64,000 nucleotides of DNA from positions 111,042,001-111,106,000 of the forward strand of contig NC_058374.1 in NCBI RefSeq assembly GCF_018350175.1, read 5' to 3'. Origin of the DNA: Felis catus. Taxonomy: Eukaryota. Below the pieces are notes generated by a model, which worked only from the letters and a program-made list of their open reading frames with translations, searched no databases and was not told the origin of the DNA. The position numbers were made by a program, and so were the translations under genes. Positions 49,307 to 61,050 of this stretch are shown piece by piece; positions within the stretch are counted from its first letter, which is position 1; each line of letters starts with the position of its first letter.

Positions 49307-51922
49307 ATACAGACCATGGTTGACTTTGAATATCTAGAAAGCATGTTAGACAAGGTCCAGGTGGGACCCCGAAGACTGCCCTAAACCCATGGGTATTCTT
49401 CCTTTCGGAGAGTACTTGAGTCTACCTTTCAACAGAATGAGGTGTAGCAGTCAGTAAACATAAGTTTATTTAAGGATGTCCTTTATCTGCATGCTCAAGG
49501 AAGCTGCCCGAATGGAACACTGAGAAGTAAAAATCAAACTTAACCCTGAAGCACTGTCAATCCAATAATATCTGAAAAGTAGGCCAAACAGCACACATGG
49601 CAAAAGCTATTTTTGCCCAGCTAATTTCTCTTCATATCCAAGAGCAAACTATATCCTCAGCAACTCTAGGAAGCACTAATGGAAGCACACCTGGCATATT
49701 TAGATTGTATATTTTCATGACTGACTCTCCTTAAGACAATGGGATCCTCAAGGGATCATCTTTCCATTCCTAGCACACAGCACAAGTCTTGGCACAGCAT
49801 GTGATAGATGTTCAATAAGCGCCTTTAAACCAAGCTAAACATATGGGTTTCAGGTAGGACAAAGATGGATCTACCTTGGCCTGAGTTGTTGAATTGATAG
49901 CAAATGAGTTGAAGCTTTTCCTTCCAGAATTAGGGAAAAATACTAACTTTCCCAGGCCTTTTTCCCCATGACCTCTCACCACTTTCCAATCTGATGACAA
50001 AATAATAACAAAACCATACAAAAACCAAGTATTCACTAAACTCCTACTCTGTGCAAGGCAAATGGAAGTAGACATAATTTCCTTTGGTCTCACGATATCG
50101 TTCTTTTTCCTCCCAGATTCCCTTGAGGTCAGTTAATATCTCCCATTATGCTGAGGGCATGCAGGCCTACCATCATTGACATGGCCAGACGAAAGGATTG
50201 GCTGAATAGTCATGAGGAAAAGAAGGCAATCAGGGTCCATATCATGCAGTATTCACCCAAGGAATCAGAGTAAAACACCAGTTGCCTTCAGTTCGCTGGG
50301 TGAAACATGCACCAGTTAATGATAGGACAGCTGGTTCAGATAAAAACTTCTAATTAATGAATCATTAAGGCGCACGCTTTAGGAACATGGAAAAATCACG
50401 AGCCATGCAGCATGCCCAGAAGCAATCTTCCAGTTATGTGGCTGTGCTTAAATGCCATACTAATTTCTGGGCACCTGCCATTTGTAATAGCACTGAGATA
50501 AATCACGATGAATTTATGAATGTGATTCTGCATCGCCCATTACACAAGCCCTCCCCTGGGAAAGTGAACCATCCTGAGAGCAACTCCTAATAAGTAGAAA
50601 TTAAGTGTTATTGTCCCTTGCCACCAGGAGGAAAACAAAACAAAACAAAACATGTCTGGGGGAGAGGAGGAGGGATGGATAATTTAGTTGTACATAAATA
50701 GTGAGAAGGCACCTATTTTAAGCCTTTGCAGCCTGAAGAAGCACATTCCCCGTGCTCAAAGCCAGGAGCCCTCTCACACAGTAAATAATTCAGAACCCCC
50801 ACAGCAAGTGCCTGGAGAGGAGGACTGCTTCCTGAAAGCTGCCTCCTTGGCTAGTCTCAGAAAAGCGATGGATCACCCTGTAGCTCAGACAGAATTCCTG
50901 CTGTCCACCTCAGGATTCTGACCAAAACCCTTAGCCAGCATACGTCAGGAGGAAATCAACACAATCCTGTCATTGTTTGTGCTATTTATAGCTTATTGTT
51001 TGAAAAAATTGGAAATAACTTAACTCCTCATGGCAAACTTGAGATCTCGTACATGAACTTGGCAGGCACTTTTACTGAAGCAAATTTAAAAACAACTTTA
51101 ATATATTGTACACTGTTCCAAGGGAGTGGCAAACCAGAAACCCCTCCTTTCTAGTATGTTTTTCCCTGTCTCTCCAGTGTCTTTTTCTGATATTGACCCA
51201 GAGTAATTTTGATGAAAGGCTAGTTGGCTTGCTTTTTCCAACTAACCCCCAATTTTTCTGTGCAAAACCCAAGGAAGCAAAAGCTCAAATATCTCCTGTT
51301 TGATTAATCTTTGGTTTAGCCTGATCTCTGTAACGCTGAGATATTGATGTGAAAGATTAATGAGACATGGTCAGTACATAATGTACAAAATACAACAATG
51401 TGTGATCTATACAATGCCATCGAGACAAGATAATCATGCCCGAAGCAACCAAAGCTGCATTTTTGAGTGAGTGAGGTGATTTGTATTTGCTACTCAGATC
51501 TCAGCCCCCAGCCACTCAAAAGTCCTATTTTTCAGGATGTCCTTAATCACCAAAGGACTTTGGTAAAGGTGATTATCAAGAAGCATGGACTAGGATTTCA
51601 GCAATAACTTTAGGTCAGTATTCACACATGTATTTTAGCATGAAGGGTGATTTCTGCAAACTTTTAAAATTATCCAAGGTTGCTGACACATTATGGTTGA
51701 ATACCAAGGTGCTATTACATTATTGGCCGTAGAAAAGAAATGAGATCAAATTCCTTTGGGCCTGAAAATGTATCTCCCACCTGAAATGGCTCTATAAACC
51801 TGCCAAGCAGGCAGAGGGTATTCTCACCCCCTGCCCTGACTCCTCCACACACGACCTTAAAAAGAACAAGCAGGAGATATTCTTTTATACTTTGTATTTG
51901 CTGGTTCTGCCAAATGGTTATT

Positions 51923-51940
51923 TGCCTCTAGGGGGCATTT
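51923..51940 (+). promoter_or_regulatory. Candidate CTCF motif
   Basis: CCTCTAGGGGGCA at 51925-51937, strong match to the CTCF core in repeat-free DNA. Confidence 0.5.
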
Positions 51941-52639
51941 CTAAAGACTGCAAAAGAAAGTATTTCAGCTCGTGCGGCTGTCAAACCAGATGGCTCAGAA
52001 ATAGGAACAGAAAAGAAGAAGAAGAAAAAAGGTCACTTTGATCCAGTCAGCTTTTATTGCCGTTAGCAGAAAAAAGGTCAAGCTGGTTTCTGAACTGAAT
52101 TGAGAGATGAGAAACAATGACTTTGTAAGTTATTTATTGAAAATTTTTTATCTAGCTTATTTTCCTGGATAGACGGTCTCTGACCTTTCATCTAAGACAA
52201 ATGCCATAAAAACAAAATAAGTATTATTAGGAGGATATGCTCAACACCAAGGGTTAGTATTACAAGGTCATATTAATTCACGGAAGAATATAAGAAAGAT
52301 TTCACCTTGACTGAGATAAGCACCTTTTATTTCTTTTAAGCCAGTGTTCATTTGGAATAGAAGGAAAGTGTTGCAATAGTCAGAAATTCACTATTGTATA
52401 TCAAAAGAGCTATTTTGAATGAGCCCTTCAAAACCCTAGTATCAATATTATGATTTAGTGTTACAACAACTTTATTATCTTCCAGGTTCTGTTGCCCAAT
52501 CTCTTCATTCTATTGCATTGGCCATCACTTTTAACATCTCACTTTGTTCTTCTTTAATATATTTTTATATTTCCATACTGCCTTTTATCTCCCAGCATAT
52601 TGCAAACATCAAATAACTAAGCTACCCAACATCCCTGTG

Positions 52640-52750
52640 TGGGTAGAGGAATCCCATTATCCTCATTTTAAAGTTGGATAAAGCCGTCTCTGTGAGGTCA
52701 GGTGACTTGCCCAGCCAGCCAGTGGAGGCAGAAGTGGCCTCTCAGTTTAT
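52640..52750 (-). mobile_element. MIR fragment
   Basis: attatcctcatttttaaag...gaggtcaggtgacttgccca. Confidence 0.7.
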
Positions 52751-53111
52751 AATGTCTGGTTATCTATTTAACTAGTAGACATGAACACTTCTCACCTCTC
52801 ATCTCCTCATGGCTGCACATTATGTGGAGTGAGGACATCAATACTGAGGTTTGTGTGAGGAATGAGTCAAATGTTTGCAAAACACATCCGCTTCTGCTTT
52901 CGAAGCAAACAAACAAAAAAATTGACTTCTGTTGGAAAACTTCAAGAGCCCCGTCCAATATGTCAGTCTTAACTCTGCTGTCTCAGTGGGTAACTTGGCA
53001 CCGAAAAGTGATTTGGTGAAGACAAACTGATCTCACTCATACCTGTGAACAGGTAAAAAAGAAATGAGTTTTTACAAAGAAAGATCCAATGAAACCAAAA
53101 GTACTCTGCTA

Positions 53112-53352
53112 ATAATCATAAAAACTACCATTCATTGAGTTCTTGAGCTGGGGGCTATGTGCATTTTCTCACTTAATGCTGACAACTCTGTAGGGGAGGA
53201 CTATTCTTGTTCCTACTTGAGAGATGAGAAAATTAAAGCACATAGAAAGGTTAAGATGAATTGTATAAGATCAGACGGCTAATAAGCAAGGGAGTCTGGA
53301 CTTGAATTTAGGCGTTCTGTCTCCAGAGTCAATGCTTTGGACTATTTTGCTA
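53112..53352 (-). mobile_element. Near full-length MIR
   Basis: ctaccattcattgagttctt...gatgagaaaattaaagcacatagaaaggttaag...ctccagagtcaatgct. Confidence 0.85.
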
Positions 53353-54007
53353 TAATTATCTCATTGTCTGGGTGTGATGCCACTTACCTTTTCCTCCACG
53401 TTAAAAATTGCATATTCTCTCCAACCATACAGTAAATGTTACTAGGCATTGTGCCTGCACTCTACAGCACACCAGAAGGTCTAGGGAACATAAGAGTAAG
53501 GTGCACCATTTCCTCTCAGTAACTATATGCCCTTCAGCAGATGACGTGCTAATTTTTGTTTTTAATGACTACTCCTGTATTGTAATTTTGAGGGAAGTGA
53601 TTAGGTCTCCTTCCCCTCCTCCTGCCCTCCCCCAGTCTCTCAAGACAGCCCCATACAATACTAGATGCATAGCACCTTTTTCAATTCAATTGGATTTGAT
53701 GGTTTCTTTCTTATTTTCTCGTAATGCCCCCATCGATGATCTTGTAATTCTGAATGCTTTCTTTTTAATTCACCATTTTACTGATATTGGCAAATAAAAA
53801 AACCCATGGCTAATCTCACCAATTAGAATTTCTGTGCCTCTTGGGACCATTCATGGAGCTGCCTATACAGCTATGGTTATGGCAGGTACAGAGGCCGAGA
53901 ACACAAGCAAGGACATCCAGCTGAGGATGAGTAGTCGAGGCCACTAGAATTCATATACTCTGATTCAGAGCCTATCTCTTCCCTTTCTACTCCTTTATCC
54001 CAATGAC

Positions 54008-54235
54008 CAAAATAATCATGACTTCTATTGAATGTTTATATTGGGTTTGACACTATGCTCAGTGCTTTACATGCATTATCTTATTGACTCCTTCTCCAAA
54101 CCCTAGAAACTGTTGTTCTCCTGTAAATATAAGAAAACTGAGCTACAGAGATATTAAATAACTCTAAACATGGCACTGCTCTAAGCGTTGATGCAGGCAT
54201 TTGACCCAGTCTGAGTCCAGAGCCCAAGAGTAGAA
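54008..54235 (-). mobile_element. Near full-length MIR
   Basis: ctattgaatgttta...cagtgctttacatgcattatc...aagaaaactgagctacagag. Confidence 0.8.
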
Positions 54236-55654
54236 TCTGTACAGTATTGTTTCTCCATCTTTTGATTCCTGGAAAGCACCCTACTACGTAAGACATTTGT
54301 ACACCAAGATCCTTTGGTGTATAAGATCTTAGAATAATTAAAGTTATTCTAGGCCATTTCAATTAGTAGCTAAAGCAAACACTAAAATGTAGCTTTTAAA
54401 AAAGCACCAGGTTTTCTTTTGCAACGCAAGGTCATGGGGTTGCATTGTGTTTGCAGCTATGAAATGACAGTGGCCAGACAGAAATCCCCACAGTGCCTGT
54501 GAAGAAGGTGAGGGGAAGTAGGTCATCTTAGATGGCATCTCAAGAACAATCACAGGCAAGAAGAAGCTGATCTCCTATATTTTCAAAATCGATTCCAATA
54601 CTCTTTGTAGGTGGAACCCAGTCCCTGGAAGACAAGGGGAGAAATGGGAGGGAAGCTGATTAAAATTTATATATCTAAGATGTGTGGGTTCAGCCGATTA
54701 GCAATTAAAGAGATGGCCTTTAAGGCCCCAGGGGAGGTCCGAGTTCATCCTTGGTTATCTTTTACTCCTGAATAGCTGTATAAACTCCTGGGGAGCAGAA
54801 GAAAGCTTTTCTGCAAGACAAAGGCACAGGAGTTGCTTCTTTTCTCTATCAGATGGAAGAAAAGGAACTCTAGGAATCCTTTATAGTTAACTATTAAAAT
54901 TGGTCTCTCCTTTTTGCTTTTTAAACTTCTTTAACCTCAGTCTCTAAGAGCAATCAAGCTTCTAAGAGCAATCAAAACTTCTCCCCAGGTGAGCTGGAAG
55001 CATCAAGGTGGTTCACCGTATTCTCTCCTCTTCTAAAGGCTGCATCCAGAACAATGGCTTAAAAGAAAACCAGCTTGCATTCATTTACCCAAAGAGGATC
55101 TCAGGACGAGGTTATGTTTTGAGCTTTGGTGTTGACCCCGAAATATAAGGAATTCTTCAAGGTCTGTAAAAGAGGATTCAGAGTAAAGAAGCTAAGATAT
55201 GTATGAGCAGCTTTATCCCCATCCAAAGAGTATACCTCCTTCCAGACCCCTGTAGCCTAGAGGGGATTACCTGAGACAACAAAAGGGATCAAGGGGAAAA
55301 AAGGGGTGGTGGGGAATCAAAAGACAGGAGAAATAGATGTAGGGGAAGCTAGAACCAAAAGAAAACAGAAATGTGTAGAGGGGACTAGTAAAAAGAGAGA
55401 GAGAGAATTTTGGCAATCATTTCAGAAGAGTAGCAAGTATTAAAAAAGGCAGGAGGAAGAGAAAAAAAAAGAAATTAGTTACCTTAAATAACAGTTCACT
55501 TGTGTCAATGATGTTATTCAGCCAATTAGCCAAAAAAAGACCATTGTCCAGGAAATCTGCTAAACAGAATGCTAAACCAGAAAGCATTCACAGTTTAGGT
55601 AGGAAGGTAAACATGTAAATAAATAATGACTATGCATATCTTAATGTTATTCTT

Positions 55655-56240
55655 AGTTGCACATTTTGTTCTTCAAATGCAGCAGAACTGATCCCACAAA
55701 AGGGCTTTTGCACTTGCTGGTCCTTCTGTTTGAAATGCTCTCCACACTGACTTGTATGTGCCTGGCTACTGGCCATTATTTCTCATCTCCAACCGAGTTG
55801 GACCAGCACAGCCAGCCCCTTTCTACACTAACCCATCATAACATCTGAAATAGTCTTAATCTTTAAATTTTTCAACAGGTTTAAAATTTATCATTCTCCA
55901 CTAGGACATATGCTCCTTGAGAAAAGGGACTCATTGTTCAGTCATTGATGAACTTATAAATATATCTACTGATTATTTGACTAACAGACTGACATGGTAT
56001 AAGAATATTATAAAAGAGACAAGCATAGGATTCTGTGGGTCCATAGGGGAAGATGCAGAAAACTCCATCACAGATGGCTTCTCCTTAAGAGAAGAATCTC
56101 TGAAGATTTTGTTGTTGACAATTTAAGGTGGAACAGGGTGTTCAACAGTGGGCAAGGGAAGCAGAGCATTCCAGGCCAAGGGCACCTATAATGACAGTCA
56201 TAAATGAACATTGCTCCTTCTGGGAACTGCATTCCATTAG
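55655..56240. mobile_element. L2 (+) about 55655-55990 and L2 (-) about 56010-56240
   Basis: gggcttttgcacttgctggtccttctgtttgaaatgctct; ggaagcagagcattccaggccaaggg. Confidence 0.7.
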
Positions 56241-56274
56241 GTATGTCTTCCAGATAATTCTGGAAGAATATGAC

Positions 56275-56525
56275 ACTATGGCAGAGTAGTTAAAAGCATG
56301 AGTTTTGAAGACGGATTTTGAAAGTAAACCCTGGCTCTTCTACTAAGTGATTAGGTAATGTTGGGAAAGTTATTAGTCTTCCCTGTGCCTCAGTTCTCTT
56401 ATCTGTAAAATGAGGATTCATGTCATGTCTACCTGATGGGATTCTCAGGAGGATTAAGTCAGTTAATACAGGTACACTATTTAGAGGAAGGTAAGTACTC
56501 AGAAATGTGCCTATTATCATTACTG
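56275..56525 (+). mobile_element. Full-length MIR
   Basis: gtagttaaaagcatgag...ctgtgcctcagttctcttatctgtaaaatgagga...tattatcatta. Confidence 0.88.
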
Positions 56526-56544
56526 GCAGAGCGTGATGGGAAAA

Positions 56545-56790
56545 ATAACGACAGCACTATGTGAAGGCCCGGTTTCACTGTAAACACTTTATGCAGATTA
56601 ACTAATTTAATACATATACACTCATGAGGAAGGTACTCTTATCACCATCTTACAGATGAGGATACTGAGGGACAGAGAGGTTCAGTAATTTGTCCAGCAT
56701 CACACAGCAGTTAATTGAATGGCCAGATCTAAACCTAGGTGGTCAGGCTTTTGAATCTCACCTTCCACCATTACACTATACCACCTCTTT
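56545..56790 (-). mobile_element. Full-length MIR
   Basis: ttacagatgaggatactgagggacagagaggttcagtaatttgtccagcatcacacagc. Confidence 0.88.
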
Positions 56791-57679
56791 AAACACCTAA
56801 TTCATAGGGATCCTATGAGGAAAACTGAAATAAAGTATATAAGTGACTCATCGTGGGCCCTGGCATGTAGTAAGCACTCAATACAGGATGCATTTCTTTA
56901 ATGTCTACAGAACAATAGATCTATAATTAGGATAAGTCAATATTTAGAAAATACAGTTACCTGTGGATTTACTGAAAGACCCAGTAGAACCTGGAGAAGA
57001 CACTTAAGGAATATCTAAGCAATAATTACCTGATTGAATTACTGCTGAACAGTAGTTGAAAGGTGAAATCGCCATAAACACTTGTTTGACCTTGATTTCT
57101 GATGGGAGTACGGAAGGCTCCTTGTACATCAGTCTCTGCCCAGCTGTACTTCCCAACTAATTAATTTTAAAAAGATCTAAGTCAATTAATTATAAAGTAA
57201 TGGGTTGTCCCTTCCAGCTGCCAATTTATCTACATTGCAAACTGTAGCTAATTACTTAGCTTAGCCTTATCTCTCCCATGGAAACATATTCTTTGCCTAT
57301 TTACATTAATTTATATACATAAGTTTTGTGAATAACAAGTTATATGTTTTTCCATAATAAATTATGTGACTAGTCCTTTTGTGGACATTCGCCATAAAAA
57401 CACCAGAATGACAGAGGGAAAGCACCTGTAACCTGCTTAATCAAAGTTAGTAAATAAACAAGCAAGCAAATTTGGCAGGAGTTCCATAAAGGAATATGCT
57501 AAACGCCTTCAAAATGCTGTATAAAACTAACCCCAAAGTGAGTGATTTGGCACTATTAAAAGAGTCTTGACCCAATGGAAGATGGAATAAAAGCAGAATT
57601 AAAGGTAGAATTCTATTTATTTCATGTGAAGCACTGGGTAAGCTGTAATGAAATGAATTTTCTTTTACAAGGAAGCTAT

Positions 57680-57985
57680 GATTTCCCTTTGTCTCTCTCT
57701 TCCATTCTTGCCCTCTATCTTATAGAAGGTGTCGTCCCTTCTATCCAAACCTAAACACCTCCATCAAAGCTTGGAATCTCCTTCCCTCCCACCTCTCCTG
57801 AGACTCTGCTGCATAAACGATTTCCTGTTTGGTTTTGTTTTTGGTTTATCGTTTTGCGTTATCAAGTGTTGCCTCTCTTGGCTTCTCTTCAGCCTATAAA
57901 TATGCTTATATCTTTCTGCTACTGAAAACCGTTTCCTCAAGGCCTAGCACTTCCTCTCCCCCAAGCTCCCCTCCCCCACTGCAAA
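57680..57985 (+). mobile_element. L2 ORF2 fragment
   Basis: cccttctatccaaacctaaacacctcca...ttctcttcagcctataaatatgct. Confidence 0.6.
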
Positions 57986-58184
57986 CTGCTTCCCTAGGCT
58001 TACTTTACTCTAGGGGGAGTCTAAACTCTTGTGTCCATTTCTGAATTTGTGTAAAGCCTTTCTAGGAAGATAAGCTGCTGTATACTGCTTGAGTGCAGCA
58101 CTTTGCTCCTAATTGACATAAAGCCCTTTGCATAGTAAGTACCAACAAGCATTAGATGTTATAGTTGTCACTGTCTTTCTCAGT

Positions 58185-58435
58185 GATGGTATGTCCCAGT
58201 GCTTCACGGTACAGGCTCCAAAATCAGTCATTGCAGCTCAAATCCCGGCCTTACCTACTTGTAACAGTGTGACCTCAGGCAGGTCACTTAAATTTTGAAA
58301 CTGTTGACTTCTTAAATATATAAAATGTAGATCATAGTTGTAACCACCTCATAAAGTTGATGAAAGAAACAAATTAAATGAAGTGAGGCATATACATGCT
58401 TAACACTAGGTTGAGAACATCGTAAATACTTAAAT
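58185..58435 (+). mobile_element. MIR
   Basis: ctcaaatcccggccttacctacttgtaacagtgtgacctcaggcaggtcactta. Confidence 0.8.
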
Positions 58436-58479
58436 ATGCCTTTTAAATAGCCAGTATAATACTGATAGTGTATATTTTT

Positions 58480-58995
58480 TATTCATTTCCCTCTTTTCTG
58501 AAGAGATATGAATTTCCTTTGGAGAATAACTTTTTCCAGAGCTCAGTCCAGGAGACTGGCTTCTAACTCTGAGGAAAATGGTGAAACATGTGATTCATTT
58601 CTGGCCAATCAAGCCAATGAACTCCCTTTCTGGGAATCTTACCCAGGCCTGGTTAATCAGAGCACTGAATCCTGCAGAGTTGTTTCTATCAGAAAGGATT
58701 CCCAGATTTGAGCAGGAATTATCAGTAAGAAATATTGTCTCCTTGCCACCCAAGAGGATGTGATATGGAGAGCTTCTGGACCATCTTGCCATCTTGTCAG
58801 TCTAGGAAGAAAGTCAACCCATAGAAAAGAGTGTAACTAATTCAACACACCTGATATTGTTTGAGGACCTAAATCCAACCAAGACTGATGCCAGTCCTGT
58901 TCCTATAGATTTCATTCATTTATCAATAGATTTATTTCTAGTGTAAGCTACTTTGCATTTTTCTGTCACTTGCAACTGAAACTGGTATAAATGCT
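58480..58995 (+). mobile_element. MaLR LTR (MLT1J/K-like)
   Basis: tggccaatcaagccaat...ttttctgtcacttgcaactgaa terminus. Confidence 0.8.
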
Positions 58996-60835
58996 TATCA
59001 TATTTTAGTCAAGCTAGACATTGAAGGTGAGCACCCCTTTCACATATTATTTTGGTGCCTCAGTAGAGCTCAGTGGATGTTCAACAAGTAGATGTTGCAC
59101 AGAGATTCATGATGATGGAGGGGTATAGTCTGCACCCAACCCTCATTATCATGCTCACCATTTAGGTGAGCTCACCATTTAGGACTGCATGACTGTACAG
59201 ATCAATGTAAGGGTCAGCCTAAAATGGTAGTGGTCACAAAAAGTCACAGGAAAAGCTACTCCTTCAGTGGGAAGACCATAGCAATATAGGCCTATGTCCA
59301 GAAGCAAGAAAAATCTCAAACAACCTACTTTTCATAACTTTCCCAGGGCCTGGAAAATTGTTTGCATTTGAAATGCCATCTCTTCCAGCTGCTATAAAAG
59401 GAAACAAATAGCTGATTTAACAAAGTACTTAACTGAGCACACTAGAGAACATCTTATTAACTATGTCAATAAGAATTTTCAGACAAGGTAATACCTCCCG
59501 TGACAATGGGGAATTTCATGCTTCTGGTTTTAAAAGTACTTCTTTCATGACCTTTAAAAAATTACCTTCCAGGACTGATTATTTTCTCCAAAAGCAGTAT
59601 TTTCCAACTTTATAATGGGAACTAGTGGGGTGAAAAGAATAATGAAAAAAATATACTTTTCAATCAACTTTTCAAATTTCATAGTTCTTGTGGAAATTGA
59701 GATCATTATAAGGTGGTCCTGTCTACCTAAACTATGCCTAAAAATAATTTGACAGTCCTATAACTGGCAAAAAAAAATTTTTTTTTTTTCGATTCCCTCT
59801 GCTGGACATCAGGATGAGAAGGGAAGGAGGCAGGCACATGGATAAGTAAAAATAATAAAGTATTCAAAGAGAATATGTGTTTAGTTGGGGAACGTGGGGC
59901 AGCTGGAGGAGGTGGAAAATGAGGGACATTAAACTATTTATGTGAATTGTTTGTGTGAATTGAAGGCATTCAAACTAATGTTTAAAAAATGTTATTTTGG
60001 TGCAGATGGCAACAGAAATACATTCTGAGAAAAAACTCTGTGCGCCATCAAAAGCCCTGCAGGCATATTCTCCTTCCTTCTGTTGCTTTGCAGCACCAGA
60101 ACACAACAAAAAGAACTGGACCCAGTTAGAAAATCATGGCAACCAGTACAACTGCCACAGAAGGGCCCTACCGATGTTTGGCTCACTCTCTGGGCCTGAG
60201 AGGGTTTTCATTCCCTGAAAGCGTTGCTGTCAGACAAGAAGCCCGCCCCTCAAGAGCGAGAAAGGTTGTGTCTTTTCAAATCGGCAACTGCAGCTGCTGG
60301 TCTTTTGAGTCTTGACTAGTCAGGGCCCCTCCTCTTTCTTGTACAAGCTGGCATCATTTTAATTATTTGTGTAAATTTTGCCCTTCATTAGCTCCACCGT
60401 GCTGCGATGTAAGGGGAAAAAAAATCTGTAATTTGAGGATTCATTAAGCAGCTGTTGTTATTTATTCCGCACAGTAGCTGCCCGAAGTGTGCTGGTTTGC
60501 TGCATTGATATAAGAAACTATAATATCCCAGCCAGGTGGGGTTTTTTTGTTTGTTTGTTTGTTTCACTTTGAGGTCAAGCCACTAGGGAACATAAATATC
60601 CAGCTGGAGAATATTTGAATATTTGTTTCTCTTTAGAAGGGTGTTAATTCATTCAACAAATATCATTGACTATGAGAGAACTCATGATTCTGCACAATTG
60701 CCATTTCACAGAGAAAACTTTGTTGTGAGAAAATCTCTTTTTTCCTAAGTTAAGTGAAAAACACTCACAGCTGGTCCCTTCTAGTATACTGGCTTTTATT
60801 TATAATCCACATAAATACATACCATCTCTCTCCTG

Positions 60836-61050
60836 TTTTTAAAAGTTTATTTATTTATTTTGAGAAAGAGAGGGAGAGAGAGAGCACAAGTAGGGGAGGG
60901 GCAGAGAGAGGGAGAGAGAGACTCCCAAGCAGGCTTTATGCTAACAGCTTGGGGCCCGATGTGGGGCTCAAACTCTCAAAACTACGAGATCATGACCTCA
61001 GCCAAAACTAAGAGTCCTATGCTTAACCAACTGAGCCATCCAGGTGTCCC
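60836..61050 (-). mobile_element. Can-SINE (older subfamily)
   Basis: Antisense SINE ending ctgagccatccaggtgtccc. Confidence 0.93.

Noticed and set aside
52067-52124. + strand segment with NAGNAG acceptor and gtaagt donor as a coding exon
   Set aside because: Stops in all frames; the region is better explained as a TF-motif cluster
53408-53797. 129-aa + strand ORF
   Set aside because: No domain or splice context recognised; partly overlaps L2-like sequence
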